Assembly (NCBI RefSeq): GCF_009834535.1
Contig: NC_045697.1
Coordinates: 52,082,001 to 52,146,000 of the forward strand
Length of the DNA: 64,000 nucleotides
Origin: Camelus ferus
Lineage: Eukaryota
Reading direction: 5' to 3'
Of the stretch, positions 11,495 through 23,989 are shown piece after piece. Both the position numbers and the translations under genes were made by a program. Position 1 is the first letter of the stretch, and each line of letters starts with the position of its first letter. The notes under the pieces were generated by a model. That model did not search any database. It was not told the origin of the DNA and saw only the letters and a list, made by a program, of their open reading frames with translations.

Positions 11495-13925
11495 TTTTTT
11501 TTTAGTTGAAGTATGGTTGATTTACAATATTATATTAGTTTCAGGCATATGACTTAGTGATCCAATGTTTTTATGGATTATCCTCCATTTAAAATTATTA
11601 CAGTTTCTTGTCAATTATTTATTTGATACACAGTAGTTTGTATCTCTTAATTCTCTACCTCTGTCTGGAGGTATTCCCTCTCTTCCCACGGGTAACCACT
11701 AATTTGTTCTCTATATCTGTAAGTCTCTTTCTGTTTTGTTATGTTCATTCGTTTTATTGTTTTAGATTACACATATAATTGATAACATACAGTTTTAGTC
11801 CTTCTCTGACTTATTTCACTAATCATAATACCATCTAGATCCATCCACATTGTTGCAAATAGCAGAATATCATTCTTTTTATGGATGGGTAATAATCCAC
11901 TCTGTGTGTCTTCAAATTAGTGTGATTCAACAATACCACTCTTGGGAATATATCCAAAGAAACCAGAAACACTAATTTGAAAAGATACATGCACCCCAGT
12001 GTTCACAGCCAGCATTATTTACATCTGTATGTCTTCTTTGGAGAAATGTCTATTCATGTCTTCAGCCTATTTTTTAATTGGTTTTTTTTTTTTAAATATT
12101 GAGTTGTATGAACTGTTTCTGTATTTTGGGTATTAATCCCTTGATCATATCATTTTCAAATGTTTTCTTCCATTCAGTAGATTGTCTTTCCATTTTGTCA
12201 ATGGCTTTCTTTGCTTTGCATAAGCTTTTAAGTTTAATGAGGTGCCATTTATTTATTTTTGCTTTTGTTTCCTTGACCTTAGGAGACAGACCCCAAAATT
12301 TTTTTTGCTACAATTTATGTCAAGAAGTGTTCTACCTATGTTTTCTTCTTGAAGTTGTATGGTTTCCAGTCTTACATTTAGACCTTTAATCCACTTTAAA
12401 TTTATTTTTGTATATGGTGAGAAAATAATCTAATTTCATTCTTCCACAAGTAGTTGTCTAGTGTTCCCAGCATCATTTATTGAAGAGACTGTATTTTCTC
12501 CATTGTATGTTCTTGCTTCTTTGTCATAGATTAATTGATGGTAAATGTATGGGCTTATTTCTGGATTTTCTATCCTGTTCCATTGATCTATGTGTCTTTC
12601 TGCCAGTTCCATACTGTTTTGATTATTGCAGCTTTGGAATACTGACTTCCAGTTTTCTTTGAAGCCATGGAATGTGATACTCCCTGCTCTGTTCTTTCTC
12701 AAGGTTGTTTTAGCTACTTGGGATCTTTTGGGTTATTTTTTCTAGTTTTGTGAAAAATGTCATGGATATTTTGATAGGGATTGCATTAAATCTATAGATT
12801 GCTTTTGACAGTATGGACATTTTAACAATATCAATTCTTCCAATCCATGAACATGGAATAATTTTCCATTTCTTTATGTCCTCTTCAGTTTCCTTTATCA
12901 GTGTTTTGTAGTTTTCAGAGTATAGGTCTTTCATTTTCTTGGTTAAGTTTATTGTTAGGTGTTTTATTTTTTTGATGTGATATTATTAAACAGGGTTGTT
13001 TTCTTGCTTTCACTTTTTGATAGCTTCTGCAGAACAATCAGCTGATAGCTTTATGGTGATTCCCTTGTATATGATTCTTTTTCTCTTGCTGCCTTTAGGA
13101 TTCATTTATATTTAATCTTTAACTTTTGACATTCTAATTATGATATGTTGGAGTGTCGGTCTGTCTGTGCTCATCTTGTTTGAGACCCTCTGTGCTTCCT
13201 GTACCTGGATATCTCTTTCCTTCTTCAGGTTCAGGAAGTTTTCAGCCATAATTTCATTTTATATATTTTCTACCTCTTTCTGTCTCTTTTCCTTCTGGGA
13301 TCCCTATAATGAGAATGTTGGAATGCGTGATGTTGCCACGGAGGTCTCTTAAACTGTTTTCATTTTTTTATAATTTGCTTTTCTTTTTGTTGTTCTGATT
13401 GGGTTATTTCAATATTCTGTATTCCAGATCACTTATGCATTGCTCTGTATCACCCAGTCTGATGTTAATTTCTCCTACTATATTTTTCATTTCAATTATT
13501 ATATTTCTCAGAAATGACTGGGTCTTTTTTATGTTTTCTAGTTCCTTTTTACAGTTCTTTCTGTGTTCGTCTCTTCTTCCCCTGCGTCAGTTAGCACTCT
13601 TATTACTGATGCTTTGAACTCTTCTGTGGGAAATTATTTCTTTTTCATTAGTTGTTTTCTCAAGGGTTTTCCCTTGTTCTTTCAATTGAAACAAATTTCT
13701 GTTTTCTCATTTTGCTTAAGTTTCTCTGTCTCTATGAAATTAGGTGAAACAGTTACCTATTCTGGTCTTGAAGGGGTGTCCTTGTGTAAGTGTCCCTATT
13801 CAGTCTGCATGTGCTCAGTGACTTTGACGGGAGAGCTGGATCTGATGTGACCATGGGCACATATTCCCCTAGGGTGTGCTGCCAGCTACCACTTTGGTAT
13901 GTTCTGGGGCTCTTAGGAGGGTCAT
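11495..13925 (-). mobile_element. L1 with poly(A) end, 3'UTR, ORF2 C-terminus fused to ORF1/5'UTR (large internal deletion; internal inversion at ~11924-12023)
   Basis: T-run at 11495; ORFs 12436-12702 and 12710-12934 ([14 protein letters not shown]...IPCSWIGRI) are ORF2; ORF1-type sequence starts at ~13022 (cagctgatagctttatgg). Confidence 0.9.
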
Positions 13926-15000
13926 GCTCATTTACAAATAAATGATCTGACTGTATAATGACATACATAATTTCTGATCATAACTAATTGTTCACAACTT
14001 TCTCAAGTATGACCCCATCTGACTAAAAATAAACAGAAAATAAAATATTCCCATATGCTCAGAAGTGAGGAGAACCAAAGATATTTGGCAAACAGCACTC
14101 TTTAGTATAAAAGGGAAGACTTATTTCCAGCCATAAAAGAAGTGAAGGAAATAACAAAAAGTAAATTTCTCACCGATTAATAACTGTGATCTATATTTAT
14201 GAATATTTTTGTAAAAATGATCTACATATGTGATTAAGAGAAAAAAGGAAGTTAACAACCATTGTGTTATCAATAATTATTTCTGTGACAGAGATATGAA
14301 TATTTATATTCTTATCTTTATAAGTTTTTTATAATAAATTAGTTTTTAAAAATAAAATTTAAGCACAAAAATAATAAAACTGACACTGAAACAAGTGTTC
14401 AGTTTTTCTGCATACATCTCCATTTTTCCTTTCATCATACTGACTTTAATAAAATTTAACCACTGGGGTGAATGTGGAATAGAGGAAACCCTCAAGCATA
14501 ATTTAAAAGCAATCAATGGTTAAGGTAGATAATAAAAAATTCACTTTCAGTTAAATATTATTCACCATTATACACAAAGAATATTTTAAAGAAAAGTATT
14601 TTGCTCTATTTTAAGTACATAGAAGGCATTTATAACTGAATCTCAATTGATACGGCCTCAGGAGAATCATTCAGCATTATGTAATTAATTCATAGTGAAA
14701 ACTGATAACTAAAAAGGAATTGAGATGATGTCTTACGTTTGAATGGAAATTGAATGTTATCCACCAACTGCTGCTTAATGAGTAGTGAACACTCTTATAG
14801 ACATATTAAAATTTGGATTTACAAATTTGCCAATTAATTATTGACTGAACTATGAATAGCGGAAATTTTCACTGACTCACATGCACTGTCTGTGGGATGA
14901 TTTTGGAAATTATGTGACAGTTTAATATATGAACTTCCTAAGAAGAGTCTTATTCTGAAATACAGAAACACAATGCACTAAATTCATAGAAAATTAAGTA

Positions 15001-15236
15001 TAGTTGGCCCTTGAACAAAGCAATGGTTAGGGGTGCCCATCCTCTATGCAGATGAAAATCTGAATAAAACTTTACAGTCAGCCCTCCCTCTCTTCAGTTC
15101 CTCCATTTCTCCAGTTCCACATCCATGGATTCAACCAATCTGGGATCCTGTAGTACTGTAGTAGGTGTTTTTTGAAAAAAACTGTGTGTGTAAGTAGACC
15201 TGCACACTTCAAACCTATATTGTTCAAAGGCAACTC
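15001..15236 (-). mobile_element. MER8/Tigger2-type non-autonomous TcMar transposon
   Basis: TIRs tagttggcccttgaacaa / ttgttcaaaggcaactc, flanked by TA on both sides. Confidence 0.85.
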
Positions 15237-15356
15237 TACCTCTTTAATTTTGTAAGGAAAATATTAATTTGTTCCTTCTACACTCATCTAGTTTTATTCA
15301 ACTTTCACATTAACATTACTATCTGCACCCCTGACAAAGATTTCCAAATATCCATC

Positions 15357-16646
15357 TGATGAAATAAAAGTTCACATTTTAAGGCAAGACAAGAAAAATT
15401 TAAAGATAAAACTTTGTCTCTGCTCATTGGCCTCCTCCCTGTGCCCTCTAGTGTGCATTGTGCTTCTGCATTTCATGTTAAGCAGAACTCCTCAAAGGCA
15501 GCAATACCTGCTCAACCATAAAGATCAATTTTCTTCTTCTGTCACTCCTTAGAAGATAACATTCCTTTCTCAATCCTCTAAGGAGTCACGATGACCCACC
15601 GGTCAACTTTCATAATGCAGACATCTTTGGCTAACTTTATGTAAAATGACAATATATCATTTCCCTTTAAGATAGCAATTGGTGCAGAACAAACTCATCA
15701 GATGACCTGGGGAGGTACTGGGCCACACCTAATGGAAGTTCTTAGCTTAAATACTTACTTAAGACTTTATTAATGTTACTGGGTATATTTCTTATATTCT
15801 ACCCATTTTATAAGATTATTGTTTCCTGAATTACCAAATGTGTGACTGAGCTGCAAATAAAATGAATAATAATCAGGTGACTTGAAACAACTGACCAAAT
15901 ATATAGTCCTGTAAGATCAATGATTGTAATAGTGTAACTCTAGACATGGGAAGAAGCAGCAAGAGGGAACAATTTCCTGGACTATAACAGACTGGTAAGG
16001 CAGGTGGTCCAGGGGCTTTTGGCTACTGTTAACAGGGCCTCATCCAGTAATAGCATATTGAGTGGTCTATCAACGAAATCCTTGTCTGATCTAGGAATGA
16101 GCATTCCTAGTACTGTGGGATAAACTGGCCACAAAATGCCTCCCAAACCATGGCCAAAATTAAGACCATAAGGTAAGGGGCTGTAGAATAAAGTGTTGTC
16201 CACTAATCAGTTCTGTAAGAATCAAGTCACTAGCCACTGCAGTCACTGACATACAGGACACCCTGAAAGGAACTCAGGGCAGTGATCAGGATGAAGCACT
16301 CTGTGCTCTGAGAAAACTGGCAAAACAGAATTTCAGAGAGATTTCTCAGGAGATATTTTTTGTGAACCTGGATTCTTACATCTTCCCATACTTAGAAAAG
16401 CACTAAAAACATTAATTAAGATGTCTGTTCCTCATGACTAGCAGGAACCTTCTAGCCAGGTGTGTGCTTAATTGTACATACCCCCTTCACCGAAATCACA
16501 TGGATACTGGCCTCCCCTTTACCTTTTCACAGAGTTCTCAGAGCTCTCTGAAACACTGCCTCCAAGGTTATAACCCTCAGTTTAGCTCAAATAAAAATTT
16601 CCATTTCTTTCTTAGATTGACTATTGATTAATTATTTTCATCAACA
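15357..16646 (+). mobile_element. Long ERV1-type solo LTR (1290 bp)
   Basis: TG...CA termini (tgatgaaata... / ...attttcatcaaca), 4-bp TSD CATC at 15353-15356 and 16647-16650, AATAAA at ~16589. Confidence 0.85.
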
Positions 16647-16741
16647 CATCTAACCTTTTGGTAAAACCAGCTGGACCTAAAGCTAGTTAAATCAGTAAGA
16701 CAGGTCTTAGCCTCTTAAGTTCCTTTAATTATTATTTTGTG

Positions 16742-16775
16742 GTGTGTGTGTATATATGTGTATGTGTGTGTGTGT
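16742..16775. repeat. (TG)n/(TA)n microsatellite
   Basis: gtgtgtgtgtatatatgtgtatgtgtgtgtgtgt. Confidence 0.9.
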
Positions 16776-16959
16776 AATGAGAGAATTTGAGTTTACTTAT
16801 GAGACTGGAATTTTCACTACTGTTTGGAAGTGCATGGACTTTCCTACTTACAGTCTCCATGACTATATCAAACAGATTTGGATTCAAGTCCTCTATACCT
16901 TACAAGCTAGAAAAAGTAACTTCACCTCTTAAGTTCCTGTATGGGAGAAAGAGCTAATC

Positions 16960-19900
16960 TGCTTCAGTGATACAAAGGATTATACAAACCACTACAAACA
17001 ATTTTATGTCAACGAATTGGACAACCAAGAAAAAGATGGATAAATTCCTGGAAACACACAATCTTCCAAGACTAAATCATGAAGTAGAAAATCTGAATAG
17101 ACTAATTACTAGTAGAGAAATTGAATCAGTAATTTAAAAAAATTCCCAACAAATTTCCAGGACAAGACAGGCTCACAGGTGAATTCTAGCCAACACTTGA
17201 ATTCTTCTTAAATTATTCCCAAAGATTAAAGAGGAAGAAACATTTTCAAACTCACTTTACAAGGCCACCATTCCTGATACCAAAACCAACCATACCACAC
17301 ACACACATACTACAGCCAATATCACTAATTAACATAGATGCAAAAATCCTCAAAGTATTAGCAAACCAAATTCAACAATACATTAAAAGGATCATGCACC
17401 ACAATCAAGTTGGATTTGCAAGGATGGTTCAACATTCACAACATTTCAATCAATGAAATATACCATATTAACAAAGAATAAAAATCATATGATTATCTCA
17501 TTAGATGCAGAAAAATTGCTTGACAAAACTCAACATCCACTTATGATAAAAACTCTCAACAAAGTTGTTACAGAGGAAATGTACTTCAACATAATAAAAA
17601 CCAAAATATGATCAACCTACAACTAACATCATACCCTTTAGTGAAAAACTGGAAGCATCTTCCCCAAGATCAGGAACAAGACAAGGATGTCTACTCTCAA
17701 CACTTTTATTTAACATAGTATTATTGGAAGTCCTTGCCACCACAATTAGGCAAAAAAAAAAAAAAAAAAGGGCACCCAAATTGGAAAGGAATACAACTAC
17801 CACTATTCACAGTTGACATGACATGATACTGTGTATAGAAAAGTAGTTTCTTAGTCTATACCAGGAAACTACTAGAATTAAGTCAGTAATTTCAGGATAA
17901 AAATTGATAAACAGAAATCAGGTGCATTTCTATACACTAGTAATGATCTATCAGAAAGTGAAATTTTTAAAAATCCCATTTACGATTGCATCAGAAAGAA
18001 TGAAATACCTAGAATAATTTAACCAAGAGATAAAAGATCTGCGCACTGAAAACTAAGATATTGATGAAAGAAACTGAAGACAACATAAATAAATGGTAAG
18101 ATATACCATGCTCAGGGGTCAGAAAAATTAGTATTGTTAAAATGTCCATACTGCTCAAAGCAATCTATGGATTTAATGCAATGCTTACCACAATACTCAT
18201 GGCATTTTTCACCAAACTAGAACAAATAATCCTAAAATTTTATAGAATCACTATAGACCCCAAAATGCCAAAGAAATCTTGAGAAAAAAGAGTAAAGCTG
18301 GAGGTATTGCATGCTCTGACTTCAGACTATACTCCAAAGCTCAGTAATCAAAAAAGTATGGTACTGGCACAAAAACAGACATAGGTCAATGGAACAGGAA
18401 AGAGAGCCCCAAAGTAAACCCATGCACGTATGATCAATTAATCCATGACAAAGGAGGCAAGAATATAAAATGAAGAAAAGATAGTGTCTTCAGTAAATGG
18501 TGTTTGGAAAACTGAACAAATACATGCAAAAGAATGAACTGGACCACTACCTTACACCATGTACAAAAATAAATTCAAAATGCATTAAAGACTTGACTAT
18601 AAGACCTGAAACCATAAAACTCCTAAAAGAAAACATCAGTATTAAGTTCTTTTGTCACTGGTCTTAGCGATATTTTTTGGAACCTGTTTCTCAGGCAAGG
18701 GCAATAAAAGCAAAAGAAACAAAATGAAATTACATGAAACTAAAAGTTATTGCACAATGAAGGAAACAATCAACAAAGCAAAATGGCTGTACAGCACAGG
18801 GAAATATATACAAGATCCTGCAGTAGCTCACAGCAAAAAAAAATCTGACAGTGAATATATGTATGTTCATGTATAACTGAAAAATTGTGCTCTACACTGG
18901 AATTTGACACAACATTGTAAAATGACTATAACTCAATAAAAACAATGTTAAAAAAAAAACCAAAATGGCAAACTACTGAATGGGAAAAATATTTTCAAAT
19001 TACATATATAATAAAGGATTCATATCCAAAATATTTAAAAACTCATACAACTTGAAATCAAAAAACACACCTGTTGAAAAATGGGCAGAAGACCCAAACT
19101 GACATTTTTCCCCCACAGAAGTCATACAGATGGCCAACAGGCTTGTGAAAAGATGCTCAACGTCACTAATCATCAGGGATATGCAAGTCAAGACCACAGT
19201 GAGATATCACCCCACACCTCTCAATGACAATTATCAAAAAGACAACAGATAATAGGTGCTGGCGAGGATGTGCAGAAGTGGGAACCCTCATGCACTGTTG
19301 GTGAAAATGTAAATTGGTGCAGCCCTTATGGAAAACAGTACAGATTTTCCTCAAAAATTGAAAATAGAACTACTATAAAATCCAGCAATTCTACTTCTGT
19401 CTATTTATCCAAAGAAAACACTTATACTAACTGGAAATGATAAATATATACCTATGTTTATTGCAGCATTATTTACAGTAGGCAAGATATGGAAACAACC
19501 TAAGTGTCCATAGATAGATGAATGGATTAAAAAAAAATGTGGTATATGTATATATACACACACACACACACAATGGAATACTAGTCAGCCATAAAACAAA
19601 TTTTAAATCTTGCCTCTTGGGACAACATAGATGTATCTAGAAGGTATTATGTTAAAATGAAATGTCATACAGAGAAATACAGAGACTGTATGATCTCATA
19701 TGTGGAATCTAAAAAACAACAAACAAAACAAAAGAGAAACAGACTTATAGATTCAGAAAACAAACGTGGTTGCAGGGGAAGAAGGGTTTTGTGGGGAAGG
19801 CGAAATAGTTGAAGGGATTAAGAGTTACAGACTTGCAGTTATAAAATAAACAAACCACTGAGGGAGTGATGTACAACGTAAGGAATACAGACGATAATAT

Positions 19901-20030
19901 TTCAACAACTTTGTATGGAGACAGTAGCTAGAAGCCCTGGTGACCATTTCAAAATGTATATAAATAACAAATCACTATGATGTACAACTAAAATGCATAC
20001 AATATTGTCTTTCAATTATACTTCAAAAAA
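16960..20030 (+). mobile_element. 5'-truncated L1 (ORF2 RT through 3'UTR), about 3 kb
   Basis: Continuous degenerate ORF2 (gatgcaaaaatcctc, caggaacaagacaaggatg, gtatggtactggcacaaaaacagac), 3'UTR and tcaattatacttcaaaaaa end. Confidence 0.95.
18788..18960 (+). mobile_element. Young lineage-specific L1 3' end nested in an older L1
   Basis: tgtacagcacagggaaatatatacaagatc...actcaataaaaacaatgtt plus A-tail; TSD CAAAATGGC at 18779-18787 and 18961-18969. Confidence 0.9.
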
Positions 20031-20491
20031 TTATAAAATCAATTTACAAAAATACTGTTTTTTATTTAAACTTAGTAACCATTTACTAGGCAATGTCTCT
20101 AAAAAGCAAAAACAGCCCAAGAGTTATACTTCTTGGTTCAGTTTCTTCAGTGTTAGCTTTTTAATTAATGTCACATCATAGCTGAATGTTTTCAAAGAGC
20201 CATAAATATGGAAACGTTTGATATGCCATCTCTAAATGACTAACTGGTGATTATAAATTAGTATCTTTCCCACTAAAGAGTAGAAAAGGACATTGAAACT
20301 TTCTTCAAAAAGTTAGCCCTAGATTGTGAATTTAATAGACTGTGATACCAATGCTCTAAACATGAGTAGGAGGTTAAGGCAGGACCCAGATTTACCAACC
20401 ACTGTATAAAGAGCAGATATGAGGAAGCATAATACAGGGCCTCAGTCTTCTGTTAGCTCATATGCTATGATAATTCCAATATTTAACATAG

Positions 20492-20690
20492 GGACACAGC
20501 ATAGCACAGCAAGTAAGAACATGATCTCGAGAACCAGACTGCCTGAGTTTGATTCCTGACTCTAGCCAGACTTTGGACAAATTACTTAGCCTCTCTGTGC
20601 CCTACCCTGCTTATTTGTACTCATAAGAGTATTCACCTCAGTGTTGTAATGAAGGCTAGATAAGCCAATACACGTAAAGTGCTTGTAATA
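20492..20690 (+). mobile_element. MIR SINE
   Basis: ccagactgcctgagtttgattcctgactct...ggacaaattacttagcctctctgtgcc...cgtaaagtgctt. Confidence 0.85.
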
Positions 20691-20815
20691 TTTAAGCCCC
20701 TGATATTTTTAAAATTAAGCACAACTGTAACTTAGCTACATTGCAAAAAACTCACTGAAAAAATAACAGTGATAGAGTATGTCATAACTCTCCCTCATTT
20801 TGGATGCTCATAGAG

Positions 20816-20987
20816 CAGGGGCTCTCAAAGCTTGGGAGAACCAGACCAGAAGCATCACCAACACCTGAGAAATTGCAAATTTTGCCACATACCTGATAAA
20901 TCAGAAACTCTGAGGTTGTGCCCAGACAGCTGTGTTTAGCAAGTTTTCCAGATGTCTCTGAGGCACGTTAAAGTATGAGAACTACTT
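20816..20987 (+). mobile_element. MER5A (hAT-Charlie)
   Basis: caggggctctcaaag...aaatcagaaactctgaggttgtgcccag...ttaaagtatgagaactact. Confidence 0.8.
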
Positions 20988-22379
20988 AAAGCATATTCTT
21001 GCCTACAGAGTGTTCTTTAAGCTAAAATGACTTATATACCTATCAGCCACAAAATACAGAAATAATAAAAATCATATGTGGTGATCTATAATAGGAAGAT
21101 AAACAGAACTTTGCAAAAACAAAATCAAATCTTGAAACTAATTCTTGGTGATTTTTTTAAGGGAAAATAAGAATTTAGGAAAAAATATATGTACCTTAAT
21201 ACACGCCTCAGGCCCCCCTCACCATTACTATGAAGTTCAATAGTAAAGCCAATAAAAATGAGATACCTTCTTCAAATAAACATTGCTTGAACTACTTAAA
21301 AATAAAATGTCTTAGGCAAAACACTCAGTACAAGTCTGGAAGTGGCATGCCCTTAATAAATGGTATTTATTATTTACCTGGCACAGTTCTATGCATACAA
21401 TCATGAGAAATATTCAAGCATAGAATCACAGAATCAACTTTAAATCACCTCGAAATGTTATCAAAATTTGGTCTATTCTAATCTGTATCTATGCAGAACA
21501 ATATTCAAACCATCCCAATTTTAATTTAAATAATGTATTTTAATTTCACTTATTTATGAAAAATATAATAATTTACATCATTGATTCTTTATTAATATTC
21601 AGCCTATAGTCCATCTTAAGTTTATTCAAAAGAAAACCAATCAGTATGTTTCTTAATACAGTGTATTTTTAAACTTCTAAACAAATACTGTATCATGTTG
21701 GTATGGGGCTATAAGTGCCATCAATAATATTCCTAATTTTAATTCTTAATTCTAAATTCTTAATTTTAAATGAAATATAAAGAGACCATCCCGTAAATTA
21801 AATACATAGTAAGCCTAACACACATGTCTAAAAACAAGAAAAGATGACTATAGATCAAATCAGAAAGAAATAAGCATACAAAATTATCCCTGAGTGTCAT
21901 ACTGACAATGCTAGAGATAAACTATTAACATTTGCTGTGAAATCTTAAACATTTCCAAAAGTCCTACACACGCAGCAAAATGGATAATTCCTCTTACATT
22001 ACAAAAAATAACCAGTGTTTCCTATTTGGGTTGACCACTTCAAAACAATGTAGCACATTTCCTAAGAAAAATCTCATTGTTATCCTTTGTCCCACTTGAG
22101 CATTTTTCATCTTCACCTATACTGGCCTTCTAAATTACATTTTAAAATTAAAATTAAATAGTAACTATCATTAATGATATATGGATATATGACACCCTCC
22201 CACAAATAATCTTTTTGACTAGAACACAATGTATCTTAAGAGAAAGAGAAACAAAAACACAGAGAACAATTTCTCTCATTAGTAAAATAGCATGATAATA
22301 AACTGAAAATTTCATTTAAATTTGTCTAATATTTTTTGGTGTATTTTTTTACTGATACATATGATTATCAAGATTATAT

Positions 22380-22565
22380 TCTCCTTTAGTCATCAAGCAT
22401 TCTCATGTACCAAGAGGTCCTGCGTACTGCGGTCCCTGCCTACCTCTCCAAACTCAGCCACTTTCCTTCTAAGTCACTGCACATGGCAACCCTGTTCTTT
22501 CAGTTTCTCAAGTATTTCAGGCTTTTTCTTGCACTTACCATCCCTTTTATGCTTCTCTATTTCTT
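22380..22565 (+). mobile_element. L2 fragment
   Basis: ccctgcctacctctccaaactcagcc...ttctttcagtttctcaa. Confidence 0.6.
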
Positions 22566-22891
22566 CTATTAGATTAAAAACATCTAGAATACAAGGTAAC
22601 TTCAAAAAGGCATCAATAAGTTTGACAGCTAAACTGTCAAAAGAAATGATCAAAGACAGAAGGCAAGGGAACAGCATCATTAAAGTGTTGAAAGAAAATA
22701 ACTGCCAACCTTGAATTCTAAAACTAGAGAAAATACTCCAAAATTATGGTTAAAAAAAGAAGTTTTTGACAAACAAAAACTTAAAAGAATTTTTTGCTAG
22801 CAGATATGTACTAAAAGAAATTCTAAAGGCAGTTCATAAAGTACAAGGAAAATGATCTCATCCAGAAACATTAAAATGCGAGAAAGAATAA

Positions 22892-23225
22892 AAAAGAGGA
22901 CACTAATGAACTCATCTACAAAACAGAAACAGACTCACAGACATAGTAAACAATCTTATGGTTACTGGAGGGAAGGGGATGTGAAGGGATAAATTTGGGA
23001 GTTTGAGATTTCCGAAGATTAACCACTATATATAAAAATAGATTTAAAAAAAAAACCAAATTTCTTCTGTATAGCACAGGGAAATATATTCAATATCTTA
23101 TAAAAACCTTTAATGAAAAAGAATATGAAAACAAATATATGTGTATATATATGCATGACTGGGACATTATGCTGTACACCAGAAACTGACACATTATAAC
23201 TGACTATGCTTCAATTAAAAAAAAA
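22892..23225 (+). mobile_element. Young lineage-specific L1 3' end (second subfamily)
   Basis: gacactaatgaactcatctacaaaacagaaacagactcacagacatag...ctgtatagcacagggaaatatattcaatatc...ttcaattaaaaaaaa. Confidence 0.9.
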
Positions 23226-23235
23226 GAAAAAAGGA

Positions 23236-23530
23236 TTAGGAAGAGAATGAGGATATGGCCAAGTATTTGGGAAGCAAGACAACATGGTCATTTTGGCTGA
23301 GTGCCAAGACGGTACAAAATGGGGATGAAACCATGGTGCAAGTGAGTTCAACTGTGTTTAAAGTGTTCAAGATGCACAAATCACTCATTTGAGGAACTTC
23401 TACCCAAGGAAGAAAAAAGCTGGAAGTATCTGAAAATGGCAATAGTTGCACTGGGTGAACGATGTGTTTGCTTTGGCTTCTTGTTTCTGTTTTGGGTTTT
23501 CTTTTTCTTTAAGTTTAAGGAAAATATGAT
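23236..23530 (-). mobile_element. Decayed L2 fragment
   Basis: tggggatgaaaccatggtgcaagtgagttcaa...cactcatttgaggaac resembles antisense L2 tgggggcgaaagcctgattggagtgggttcaa...caactctttcgaggag. Confidence 0.5.
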
Positions 23531-23989
23531 TGAAGGGAAAAGGGAGAGTTCTCTTTCCTTTCTATTCTCCTTTTAATTCTCAGAGTTTGAGATAAATTTT
23601 GGAAAATTTAGGACTAATAAACTGATTTGTGATCATTTAAAAATGCAATGAGAAGAATAATAAGTAGTGAGGAGAATAATAAGGAATATATTTACTAGTA
23701 AATAAACTAATATTAACTATCCAGAAAATGATAATAGCATACAATGTCATTTTAAATATAGGCACAACAACCACCTAGTAGTCTAAGGGATTGGTAAATG
23801 GAGTTAACATGTAACAGTAGTATTGCAAAGACCAGACAGTCCCATTCTAAGGTAAATATTCAACACATTTATTCACCAAAAGAGAAGTACAAAAATGTTT
23901 ACTGAGGCACATGATAACCAGAAATTGCAAGCAATCCATGTTTTCTACATGACTGGAGTAATTAATACACTTAAAAACCATTATTAGTG

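Larger units (their letters stand above)
22575..23830 (+). mobile_element. Old L1M ORF1 end/inter-ORF fragment, split by an insertion block at ~22892-23640
   Basis: taaagtgttgaaagaaaataactgccaaccttgaattcta before the block; gtaaataaactaatattaact...ggtaaatggagttaa after it. Confidence 0.7.

Noticed and set aside
23236..23640. Possible processed pseudogene (CDS-like stretch, UTR and AATAAA)
   Set aside because: No recognisable protein and all frames are broken; the sequence fits antisense L2 better.
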